The position numbers and the translations under genes are program-made. Positions 22,531 through 33,912 of a stretch of DNA of 64,000 bases are shown in pieces. The notes beneath the pieces were generated by a model. It searched no databases. It was given only the letters and a program-made list of their open reading frames with translations, and was not told where the DNA came from. The DNA comes from Cyanophora paradoxa CCMP329 (Eukaryota > Plantae > Glaucophyta). Position 1 is the first letter of the stretch, and each line of letters starts with the position of its first letter. The stretch is from the NCBI GenBank assembly GCA_004431415.1, contig QPMI01000280.1, positions 1 through 64,000 of the forward strand. The letters are read 5' to 3'.

Positions 22531-25500
22531 CCGCCCCAAGGTCACGAACTAGGACCATGTCGTCGATCTCAAAACGTGTCCTATCCTCTTTAGCATTCTC
22601 CGCCATAACTTCCTCCTTACTCTTTGCGAAAATACTGTCAACTCGCTGCTTGGCATCATTCAATCGAGAAAGCATATGTTCCGATTCGTGAGAAAGAGAC
22701 AAATCATGAGGGAAGACCGCCTCGCGCCCGTAGACGAGAAAGAACGGCGATACGCCCATTGTCTTGTTTACGTGGCTTCGAATCGCGAACAATGCTGACG
22801 AAATATACTTATCCCAATCCGAGTGCTCGTCATTTATGTAATTATAAATAATATCTTTGAGAGTCTGGTTGAGCTGTTCAATTTTACCAGTCGCCTGAGG
22901 TCGGTATCCAGAGTTGAGCACAGATTTAATTCCAAACTTGCTACAAAGTCGTTTTGTGACTCCACTAGCAAATGCTCCACCTTGATCAGTGTAAATCATT
23001 TTTGGAAAAAAATCTCCTCATAAAGCATGATGCAAGTTGCTCGAGCTTCGCCATATCCAGTGTAGACACATATAGCTGTACATATAAAGCGATTTCCAGA
23101 TCATGTCCAAAGTGTCCAGACATAGACTGATCATGAGATTTCGACATCAACTCATGCTGTAAAAATTTAGGAATAACCACTCTCTGCTGCAGATTGGAAG
23201 GCTTGAAAACTAGAATCCCATTCTTGTCCAAGCCGAAAAACTTGGACGTGCGTAAAAGCTTTTCTTCGTGTGAGTTGTTGCCTTCCAAAATGTCAATCAG
23301 TGATCTACAGAACTCATCTTGGCGTTGGGCCTCGAACAATTCCTCGAACTTATCATCTCCAAATATCATCTCCAGATGCAAAATATCTAAAACATCTTCA
23401 GCACTATTGCTGATTTCGTGAGCCACTGGATAACGTGATGGGCCATCAGCCTTGTTCAATAGTCCTCTCCGATACTGAATGTCAATGTCATATTGCTGAA
23501 TCAGAGCTGCCCATTGCGCAAGCTTTCCTTTTCCGGGTTTCAAAGAAAACAGCCATTCCAATGCCTTGCAGTCAGTGTAGAGAATCGATTTGGGGGCACC
23601 TTTGATGTAGTGACTCCGAGTATTGAGACAATCGACAACAGCTGCACATTCAGCCTCCGAAGCTGCACATTCAGCCAGATTCAGCCTTTTCTCCTTTTTC
23701 TGCTATAGAAGTAAACTGGCATGATTTTTCCATCCTTCTCCTGCGATAATATACCAGTTTCAAGAATGAAGCGCTTGTTGAAATCGGGGAAGTGGAGAAC
23801 AGTCTTTTTCAATATCTCTTGCTTCATTTGCTCGAAGAGTTGCTGATGGTGGTCTGTCCACTTCCACTCAATATTCTTTTGAGTCAATTCATATAAATCA
23901 GATGTGATTTGCGAGAAATTCTGGACATTGTCCCTATAATAGTTGCAAGTGCCCAAGAAAGATCGCATCCGTTGGCTGTGGAAACTCCACAATTGCCTTC
24001 AACTTTGCTGGGTCGGGACTTCTTCCAGTTCCATCAACAATATGCCCAAGAAACTTCAAATCGTTTTGGAATATGTGACACTTGGTAGGTTTTAATTTCG
24101 CATGGTTCTTTCGCAGCCTGTTAAACACTTTCTGCAAATGGGTGCAATGCTCATCAAAAGACTTTGAGAAAGTAATCAAATCGTCAATAAACACAAGCAC
24201 AAATATCCACAGAAAATTGTTCAACATTCCTTCCATTATAGACTGAAAAGTTGGGGGTGCATTAGTGAGCCCCATCGCCATCACTTTTAGCTGAAATAAT
24301 CCAAATGGCGATTTGAATGCTGTCTTCTCTTTCTCTTGATCCTTCATCTTAACTTGCCAGAACCCACTTGAAAAGTCCATTGTGGAGAATCTTGGGAAGA
24401 GGATACACATTCTTCTTTGTTATGGCATTCAACTTGCGATAATCAGTAACTAGCCGCATTTCATCTGTGCCTTGCTTTGTAACAAAGAATGCTGGTGCTG
24501 ACGATGGACTCTGCGAAGGCTCAGCAATGTTTCTGGAAATTAAATCTTCCAATGTTGTTTTGAAAAGTGCTCTATCCTTAGGAGACCAGTGCATAGGCCT
24601 TGAGTTAATGGGAAGTGAAGATCCAGTGTCGATGGAGTGCTCACCTGGTAAACAAGCCTTGGGATCAAAAACAAATTTTTCGACAAACACATCACAATTG
24701 TTCTGCAACAAAGACTCTATCCTTTCCTTCTGATCAGCTGTAGCTCCTCAAAATCCATAATCGATTTGCGACTTGATCTTATCAAAATACCCCTTGTCGA
24801 ATGAAGGCAGAATTGTAGAGACTTCAAAGGACATTCCAGGGGAACCTCTTTTTGACCAATTTCCAAAGACATGATCTCGCAGTCCGCTTTAGGCCACCAT
24901 TCTCTACAGGTTAGCCCTTTGTTCAAAATTACAGGAAAATTAGAGGAAGAGTTGTACAAAATTCAAAATTCAAGTTGTACAAAATAGAGGAAGTGAGGCC
25001 ATTCGAAACTTGTTGCACAGTGGAGAGTTGATAAATTCCAGGGACAATTTCGCATTCAGGAAAAACTATAACTCCTTCTCCATTACTATCTACTTGAAGT
25101 ACTACCCTAACACCAGTGTTTTCAGGAATTTTAACATCTTCTGCAAGAGCGACATTTGACTCAGATTTGATTGTTCCAAGTGACAATGGGACTTGCAATG
25201 AGGGGTTCACAAAGGAGTGTACACTTCCTTTAGAATGGGAAATGTCGATCTTATTCTTTTGACAATAATCTCTTCCAAGAATCGCATCGTGGGAAAGCTT
25301 ATCCATCACTACCACTGGTTCAACAGTCTGCAAATTTCCTAACTCTATTCTCAATTTTGTTGATCCAACAGCGGGGACAATTTCCTTTGTAAAACCTGGA
25401 AGCTTGGGTGCAGCCTTTACAACTTCAGGCTGCACTGGCAACTTGTTTAGCAATTTTTGTGAAGCCAAAGAAACGTCTGCTCCTGTGTCCAATGAGGCCC

Positions 25501-25720
25501 AGGTGGGAATTTCCTGTACCTTTACAGGTACTGCCCCTGCCCGGCCCTGCTCATGGACAGTTGGCTTTAGTGCTAGAATTTCCTTGGGGGTAAACACTAT
25601 TTTGGACGTGGTGTACTGTGCCATCCACTTTCCCTGCCTCTGCTCCCTTATTTAGCCCTGTCCTCTGGGCCTGTACCCTTGTACGCGTTGCCATCTGGTC
25701 CAGGGACCATCTTAGCACGC
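22531..25720 (-). pseudogene. pol: Decayed Ty3/Gypsy LTR-retrotransposon pol (PR-RT-RH-IN), AT-rich; no LTR seen
   Basis: Protease LDTGAD...ILGRD; RT LVTDYRKLN, MDFSSGFWQ, MGLTNAPPTFQ, VFIDD; RNase H FLGTCNYYR, VLHFPDFNKRFILET; integrase SGHFG, YTDQG, GKIEQLNQTLK, GVSPFFLVYGR. Several frameshifts and deletions. The left boundary is satellite and the right boundary is approximate. Confidence 0.92.
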
Positions 25721-28700
25721 TCAGAATAGCCCTAGCACTATGACTAGCCTCGCTGCAGCTATGTCTAGTGCTATATTTGTGCCCTCTGTACTCAATCCTA
25801 CCGAGACTCTGCTGCTCCGTCGCACTGGTGCTGCTCAGCCTCTTGCTATCGACCTGCCTGCTCAGGTCTGCACTGGGCGTGCTTCTCTTAGCCGCGCATG
25901 GGGGCTGCTGCAGGGATCCCGCCTGGAGCGGAGTCAGGAGCCGGACCCGCGCGGAGGGCAAATCAAGAGGCCCACCTCTACTGCACAGTATGGCGGACGC
26001 TACGCCGTGCTCGCAATAGACGGTGACGTGGAAATGGAGGACGGCGATGACTGGAGTGAAGACGAAGACTAGGAGGACGACGACGGCGAGGAGAATGGAG
26101 ACGTTGACGGAGACAAAGATGGAGATGAGGACGAAGACGGAGATGTTGACGGCGACGACAAGCATGACATGGAGATCGACGACGAAGTCGCCCGTCCGCA
26201 CAACGCCCACCAGCACAAGGCTCTGTGAAAGGACGAACAAGTCAGACGGGGGCGGAAAGGAGCTGTGTGCGAGGACGAAACGCAACAGGCTCAGTGCGAG
26301 GACGAACATCAGACCGTTCGATCCCGTGCAGGACGCAAGGGTGCCCAACCCCTCACGGGCGGGGCGTCGCGTGTTCTGTGCGAGGACGAACGAAGGCCCG
26401 TGAGTGATCGGAAGGTTCAATCACTACGAGCAACGCAAATCGCTGTACCTCGATCGGCGCACGCGGCCACCCTGCCCAAGGAAGGCGGGGCGGATGACGT
26501 GTCGATTGGAGGCGAGCGAAGGCCACAACGTGACCAGTGGAGCACCGTCGCGGAACGAGGCACGCTGAGCTCCAAGAGCGAATGCACAAGCCATGGCGCA
26601 GAAGCGACGGGGCGAGACTCCTCCTCGAGGACTCGGCCAGCGACCACTGTTGAATCACACCTGCAGCAACGGACCTCCACGAGGATCCAGCAGGTTGGTG
26701 GGCGCAAGACGGCAGCTGCGACAGCGCCGGCGCCGCATCAGCACAGCGGACTGTACGGGAGCAAGCTACGAGCGCACCGTCAGAGCTCCGCGGCGATGCA
26801 GGAATCAGGAGAGGGGACAACTGGACGCAAGAGTCAGTCATCCTCCTGCGCGGCGCAGGACGTCGGGTCGCACCCGACGGAAGACGCCGCGAGGGCGGAC
26901 AGTACCAGCTTCAGTTGTGCTCCTGGCTACGCGAAGACGTGGAGATCACAGCTGGCGGTGCCTGCACCGGCCAGCAACCTGTGGACGAACCCCACGGGTT
27001 CGATCATCTTCAAGCGTCAAGCCGAATGGAGGCGGGATTACCTCAAGCGGAAATCGGACGAGCTCACAGACGAGGAGAGCAAGTGTTCCACCACGAGCTC
27101 GCCCCAGTCCGACTTCAACCGCTCCTACCCGCTGGCCCCCCCCTTCTACGAGCGACGAGCGCGACGCGCGCGTACCGCCGAGACATCGAACGATCGACGC
27201 ACGGGACGCGTCCCGGATGTTGCAGTCGACGACGATAGCGACAACGACAATGTTGAGGGTCTGGACGACCTTGACGGCATGACTCTGGCTGAGGAGCAAG
27301 AAACAATCATTGCCAATCATTGCGATTGAGCAAACGAACCGGAGTTCATGCGGAGATTCAGGCGAAACTCAACGGCAAGGGACCGTTGAAGGCACTCGTC
27401 GACACCAGGGCCGCGTTCTCGATTATCTCGAGGCGCCTGGTGGAGAAGCTCGGCCTGCAGGAGAAAATCGACAAGAGCAGGAGAGGCGAGTTTGCGACGG
27501 CGGACGGCTCACCAGTCAACGTATTAAACTCCATCGACATCGAGGTGACGCTGGGGACGCTCGCAAAATCAGTGCAAGAATTCTTCGTGTGGGAGAATTT
27601 GCCAACGCACATTATTCTTGGCGCCGACTACATCATGGACAATGCGTGGGCCATTGATCTGTCCGAGGGCATCATGAAAAACAAGTCGGGAGAGACAGTC
27701 AACATGGAGCCACGCGTACCAAGCGGCGTCGCGGTGATCGCGTCGGAGGACGTGAAGATCAAGGCTTGACACGAACACGATGTTCTGGTCAAGCTGGATC
27801 AAAAGGGCGATCAGCCGAAAAATGGCACTCACGGCATGGTGGAAGAGCATCCGTGACTGTATCAGAAGACGAACCTCATGATGGCCGGGAACCTGACAAC
27901 GTCCCACGACGGCGTCTGCATGGTGCGGGTGTTGAACTCGCAATATGCAAATCGTCGGATCAAGAAGGGCGCCGTGCTTGGTTACTGGACGCCGGAGGGT
28001 CCCGATCTGCAGACAATCAGCTCTGTTCACGAAGTCAGCGTGAAGAACGACCACACCAGGAAGGAGGAGACGGAGATCAAGAAGGAGGCGACAACACCGG
28101 CGGCGGCGAACGGGCCAACGGTGGCGTCGGTCGGCGAGACGCCGACAGCAACTCGACCTGCGACGCAGCGCAAGGAGTCATGCACCTGCGGGCAATGCGA
28201 GGAGTGCCGCACTCGGGAGGCGGACCCGGCGTGGCAAGCTCTTCGTGCAAGACTTGACGTCGGACATGAGGGTCTGAACACAGCCGTTGTCAGAGGCGTC
28301 TGCTCGGTGCTGTACGATTTCAGACACATGTTTGCATCCGAGTACAAGGTCGAGACGGGCAAGCTGCTGCCCCAAAAATACGCGCACCACATCGACATTC
28401 AAGGAGCACGTCCCATTCAGATTCCGTTGCAGCGGAACAATGCTCACAAGAACAAGGTGATCTCGGAGCACGTCGAGCAGATGCTCAAGGACAACGTTGT
28501 CCGGCCATCCAAGTCACCGTGGGCATTCCCTGTCGTTCTGGCTAAGAAGAAGGACGGGACGTGGCGATTTTGCGTCGATTATCGTGAATTGAACGCGAAG
28601 ACGAAGCCAGACGCGTACCCTCTTCCTCGTGTTGACGACATCTTGGACTCGCTCCAAGGCTCGGTCATCTTTTCGACCGTGGACATGATCAGCGGATACT

Positions 28701-31700
28701 GGCAATTGCCCCTTGACGAGGCGAGCAAAGAGAAGACAGCGTTTCTCACCAGTAACGGCCTCTACGAGTACAATGTGACCCCGTTTGGCCTGTCGAACAG
28801 CACGATGGACTGCATCTTAACGGGCCTCAAATGGATCCATTGCACGGTTTACCTCGATGACATCTGTATCATGTCTCGACGCGTCGAGGATCATGCGGCC
28901 GACCTGCGGCGAATCCTGCAGCGACTGGACGAGGCCAACTTCAGACTCAAGTCGACAAAGTGCTGATTTGCGAAGGCGGAGGTCAAACTTCTGGGCCACA
29001 TCGTTGACAAGAACGGCATCCGAATGGACCCCAAGAAGATCGAGAAAATCGTGAAGTGGCCGGTGCCGACGAACCCGAAGCAGCTGCGAGCATTAGCCCT
29101 GCCAATTTCGGAAATCCGGGTCGGCGACCGAAATTCATGGTCACGTCCGGGTCACATCCGTCCCGCGTGTTCGCCCGCTACCTACCCGCCCTGAATCAAT
29201 TCACGCACTCACCTCGACGATGACGTCACGCGACTTTCCATCCACTCTCTCTCGTGGATCGAATCTCGAACTTGTACGCTGCAATCTCGAGAGCTGTCAT
29301 GAATCAAATTCGACCCTAGCTCCCCTAAGACGATCGCTCTCCCGTGGACGTCGGCCGAAAATCGAATTTCTCACGCGGATCGATTCCAGTATTTATACCC
29401 GGTTCGATTGCGAAACTCCAAAAAGTGGGACCCGGTCCCGCCCGGTCCCGCGACGAAAGCGCGCCAGGAACACCCCAGAGCGGTACAGAATGAGAGCCGA
29501 GGGCGCGCGCACCGCTGCAAGCTCGATTTCGGGCGCCCTCAACGCTGCAGTGCAAAGACTCAGCCGAAACTTTGACCCAGCCGGTCCCACCCGGTCCCGC
29601 GACGCGCGCAATCGATGCATACTGGCGTGCATAGACATAGCACGGCGTGCGCACGTGCACTCCAGCGACTCGCTTTTCGGAGCCGGAGCAGTGCAGGAAG
29701 GCACCCGGCGGCGAACTTCGGAAAATTCGATCCTGCACAGGCCCGGACATCTTTCCGCGCGCCCACGCCGCGGCGCATGCACGGAACAATAGTATAAGCA
29801 TTTGAGATGTAGACAAATCCTTCCGGGCGCTTTGCAGATGCGCCGGGCCGCGAGGACCCAGCCGACCCCAAGAATTCGATCCTTGACAAACCTGCCCATC
29901 TTTCCGCGCGCCCTCGCATCCTCACGCATGCCCATCCGTACAGTATTCATTTGAGAGCTTTTCCAAGCTTTGCGCAAGCTCTCTGGGGGCGAAAGAGCAC
30001 AAGAACCCAGCCGACGCCAAATTTTCGATCCTGCACAGGCCTGCACATATTTCCGTGCGCCCTCGCCTCCGCAGCCCTCCACATTGATAGTATATGCATT
30101 CTAAGAGATTCGCAAGCTCTACGCATGTGCATGCGCCTGGCCGCGGGAACCTCGCTCCTCCCCTTCATGAGGAGCTCGAGCGCTAGCTCGAGGTGAGATC
30201 GACCTAGGGGGGAAATATATATATATATATTTCCCCCCTAGATCTCACCTAGAGCTCGAGCTCCACCGACCAATATATATATTCCCCCCCAGATGTCACC
30301 TCGAGCTCGAGCTCCACCGACCAATATATGGCGGCGATGAATAAGGTGGCGGCGGGCCCGGGGGGGGGCTTCGAAAAAGCCCAACCTTTCGGACACGCAA
30401 GCTTAAGGGCCCACGGCTTATATAATTATTCAGTTAGGCCCGGCTCGGCGGTGTACATGTACATGTAGAGGCGCGGCGAGGGGCTGCGACGGCCTGGGGC
30501 GGAAGCGCGGCGCGCAGCCGCCGGCTGCCCTGGCTGCCGGGCTCGCCGGGCGGAGCGCAGCCTCGGAGCACGGCGGCCTGGCGGCATGACTTGGTGGACG
30601 GGGCGGGGGCTCGCCAGGCGAAGCGGAGGCGCGCGGGGCGGCCGCCGGGCGCCGTGGCTCGCCGGGTGGCCATGGGGCGCAGCCTCGGAGCGCGGTGCCG
30701 GCGGGCTGGCGCTGCGGCGTGCCACGGTGGCTCAGCGGCTTGGTGGACGGAGTCGAGGCCCCACGGGCGGCGGCGAGGCTCTCACTGAGCCAGGGCGGGG
30801 CAGAGGCATGCAGGGTGGCGCAGGCAGCTCGCGGGGGGGCTCAGCCATGGCAGAGCAGAGGAGGCCCGGCACGGAGGCGGCGGATCCAGAGCAGCGTGCA
30901 GCCTACGGTGCAGGGCCAGGTCTACGCCTACCGAGCGCTGCAGCTGCCCGCTAAGCCTCATTGACGCTAAGACAGACAGGGAGGCTGAGGGAGCAGGCAT
31001 GCATTGGCAGGGCTTACCACACGTGAGTGTGGGCTTGTTCTACGGCTTCGGGTCATATTACAGGAGATTTATTAAAAACTTCGCAAAAATATGTGAACCT
31101 TTGACTGGCCTGCTTCGGTCTGGCATCGACTGGACCTGAGGAAAGGAGCAACAGTCAGCTTTCGAAGAGCTTCGACGGAAGTTGACGGAGGCACCTGTTC
31201 TCCGCTATCCGGATTTCGAGAAGAAATTCATCTTGCAGACCGACGCTTGCAAGTACGGACTCGGTGCAGTCCTGAAGCAGAAGGACGATCAGGGGAACGA
31301 ATACATCGTCGCTTGCGCGAGCCGATCAACGGGCCGCCACGAGAAAAATTACAGTGTACCGGAACTGGAGGCGCTGGCAGTTGTCTGGGCCGTGACGGAC
31401 GTGTACCGCCCGTACCTCGAGTTGCGGCCGTTCACTCTGCGGACGGATCACGAGCCGCTCAAGACGTTCCTCAAGCTGACTTACGAGCTGAACGGAGCAA
31501 AGGGTGGTCGGATCACTCGCTGGGTCATGAAACTGAGCAAGTTTCAGTTCGACGTGGAGTACATCAAGGGCAAGACAAACCTCGATGCCGATGCACTCTC
31601 ACGACTCTGGATCCTCTACTACGGTCAACGCGACGTTGGCACGCAGACGGAGGGTTCAACTGCGCAAATTCAGATCAGCGCTGTGCGGGAATTCAAGCAG

Positions 31701-32208
31701 ACAGCGGCCGAGGAGAGGGCCCTTGCCTGCAAGATCATTGCCGCCCTGTGGGAGAAGCGGGCCGCGAAGACTGGCAAGAAGGCGAGCTCGCCGCCGACTC
31801 TCCAGCAGCTGGCGAAGGAGGCGCACATCGCCAAGCTCGCGGCCGGCGGCGGCGACAAGCGTGCAATCGAGCGCATCCTCTCGAAGGAGCAGCTGCGGGC
31901 GGAAGACCCGTCAGCGAAAACGGCACCTCCAGTCGTGGCGGCGACACGGATGTCGTACCTGTACGACCGCGGTGTCCGGAAGCTGCCGGCTCGGGAGCAC
32001 GAGAAGATGGTGGAGGAGATTCGGGCCGCAGTAGCCCGTCTGCATTCGAAATCGAAGGTCAGCTGCCCTGGATTCGAGGCCACATGCAAACGAGTGGCAG
32101 CGCACTTGAAGAAGGACTTGTTCGGTGGCGACGTCATCAACCGCACCTGGTTCCATCGCATCGTCCGCGACGTGATTGGCAACTGCCGGATCTGCGTGGC
32201 GGCGCGCG
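25720..32208 (+). pseudogene. pol: Decayed GC-rich Ty3/Gypsy element (gag-like region, PR, RT, RH, start of IN), split by the 29093-31037 insertion and cut at 32208
   Basis: Protease LVDTRA...ILGAD; RT SPWAFPVVLAKKKDGTWRFCVDYRELN, VYLDD; RNase H FILQTDACKYGLGAVL, ELEALAVVWA, RTDHEPL, DADALSR; integrase zinc finger H...CRIC. In-frame TGA at 27767, 27854, 28964 and 31138. The left boundary is approximate. Confidence 0.92.
29093..31037 (+). mobile_element. Non-autonomous Helitron2/Helentron-like element (1945 bp)
   Basis: Removing it restores Gypsy ...CAG CTG CGA GCA|TTC TAC GGC... (QLRAFYGFGSYYRRFI) with no TSD. It has a 12-bp asymmetric inverted repeat (AGCCCTGCCAAT 29095-29106, ATTGGCAGGGCT 31003-31014), then hairpin CCACAC-GTGA-GTGTGG and terminal CTTG. 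About 870 bp are homologous to 33913-34790. Confidence 0.88.
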
Positions 32209-32465
32209 AGCTGAGCTATACGCCATTACTCCGCACGTTTAAACTTCCGAGATCCAGCGTATCCAATCGGATTTATTACGATATTCAGTGTATCCAATCG
32301 ATCTAATCGAGAAACTCAGTATTCTCAGTATTGCAATCGACGAGATTCCCGATATCCTTCAATCGATAAAATCTAAACCATTCTCAGTCTGAAAATAAAA
32401 ATAATCCGCTTCAATTCATGCAAAAAATGAAAGAGTTTAAAACTATTATCACATCGATCTACAAA

Positions 32466-32738
32466 ATGACCACCATTATACCAGATAACGTAAGAGAGAT
32501 ACTACAAGAGATTACAACAACTCCAAATGAAGAGCAAGCAAACGCAATTTTAGAGAGAACCGCTAAGAGTATTGGTTTAGATGTTAGCAAACTACCCAAT
32601 AAATTTAAAAAAGAAATCATGAAAGACTTCTTTTCTTCCATGGAAACTATCGACACATCCAAATGCTCAAAAATATTAGAAAAACGACATGATGCAAACC
32701 ATGCACGGGAGAAATTACGCAGAAAGCATGGTTTCTAA
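32466..32738 (+). CDS. Hypothetical viral protein (90 aa)
   Basis: AT-rich ORF MTTIIPDNVRE...AREKLRRKHGF, preceded by CAAAAAATGA at 32421. Confidence 0.55.
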   Translation: MTTIIPDNVREILQEITTTPNEEQANAILERTAKSIGLDVSKLPNKFKKEIMKDFFSSMETIDTSKCSKILEKRHDANHAREKLRRKHGF

Positions 32739-32812
32739 GTTTTAGCTTGATGCAAAAATTGATTGAATTTTAAGAATGCTTAAAAAGAAGTAGTAGAAAT
32801 CGAAATATCACA

Positions 32813-32947
32813 ATGGGTTGGGAAAAGCGCAAAAGGGACGTTAAAGAATGTGGATGTCACACAGTATGTGAAGTTCATGACTTTTTTAACGATGAAAGGG
32901 AATCGTATCGCGTTTATTGCGAAAAGCACAAACCGAAAACCAAGTAG
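32813..32947 (+). CDS. Possible 44-aa Cys/His-rich viral micro-protein (below the track cutoff)
   Basis: MGWEKRKRDVKECGCHTVCEVHDFFNDERESYRVYCEKHKPKTK*, preceded by AAAATTGA at 32755. Confidence 0.35.
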   Translation: MGWEKRKRDVKECGCHTVCEVHDFFNDERESYRVYCEKHKPKTK

Positions 32948-33511
32948 TCTTAAAGAGGGCATCGCGACGATTCCGAATCTTTTTTCAGAATCGAAAACGG
33001 AGCTGTTGGTGAAGAGTTACAGCAGTTTGTATGAATTTCGTCGAAATTTGTAGTCGGCTTGTCGATTAAACGTCAAGCCGTATCAGGCTTGTCGTTTTTA
33101 AGTCAAGTCTCAATCGCATTTTCCGGTATCCCCCGTTTCGCCTTATGAATGGAACTTTCGCTTTTTAGGTATCCCCCGTTTCGCCTCTGACATCTTCCCC
33201 CCATCGTCCTGAAATCATCCCCCCATTGTCCTGAAATCATCCCCCCATCGTCCTGAAATGTCCGAAATTCCCATAACATATATACCGCATATAATACACA
33301 ACCTCCGACATATATACGTCATAAATACCTAAAACCTCCGAATTCCCGGTTTGATCATACGGAATTTCCGGTGAAAAAAGTGTATATATATGTGCATATA
33401 TACATCGTCGTTTCGCGTGTCGGCATCTTCAAAACCTCGTAACTCTTCACCAGATCATCACCTATTCAATCTAAAACCGTCGCCGGAATGCTCATTTAAA
33501 GCGCTTTACAA

Positions 33512-33912
33512 CTATACCGTAATCGTAGTGGGTTCATTACTAATTCTTACTGATTCTCTCTTTTTTATCGCTCGTCTCTTAACAAACTTGCGAAACGCTT
33601 TCAAATCATCATCTGTTATTATTGCACGGTCTGTGTATACTTTGATGTCATACCCTTGTAATCCAGTTATGACGGTCTGATAGTTGTAACCCCAAAGTCT
33701 TCTTGTCCAATCCACCATTATATTCATCAAATGCACAATTAAACTCTTTTTCGTTCCCAAGAATATTGAAAAATACCACAAATTCCACGTTACGACGAAT
33801 GGTAGTAGAAATAGAGCATATACGTTGGACATTGAAAATAACCGTGATACCATAATGTCTTCCGCTCGTTACCAGTTTGGATAACACAGCCGAATTATGC
33901 ATATCCAAATTA
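33512..33912 (-). pseudogene. C-terminal remnant of an A32/FtsK-like genome packaging ATPase
   Basis: LSKLVTSGRHYGITVIFNVQ...IRRNVEFVVFF matches the GRH, Q and IRxN motifs of A32 ATPases. The Walker A/B half is missing at the Helitron junction, and there is a frameshift near 33690. Confidence 0.78.

Noticed and set aside
22480-22560. 206-bp satellite derived from the Gypsy integrase 3' end
   Set aside because: The ORF merely runs a few codons into the satellite, and I see no integrase or LTR similarity in the monomer.
27767-31140. Four in-frame TGA codons in Gypsy pol suggesting a TGA-recoded genetic code
   Set aside because: They are explained by CGA->TGA or TGG->TGA transitions in a dead copy that also has protease DTG->DTR and a deletion in the RT GLxNAPATFQR motif. 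Other genes here appear to end at TGA (e.g. 16418).
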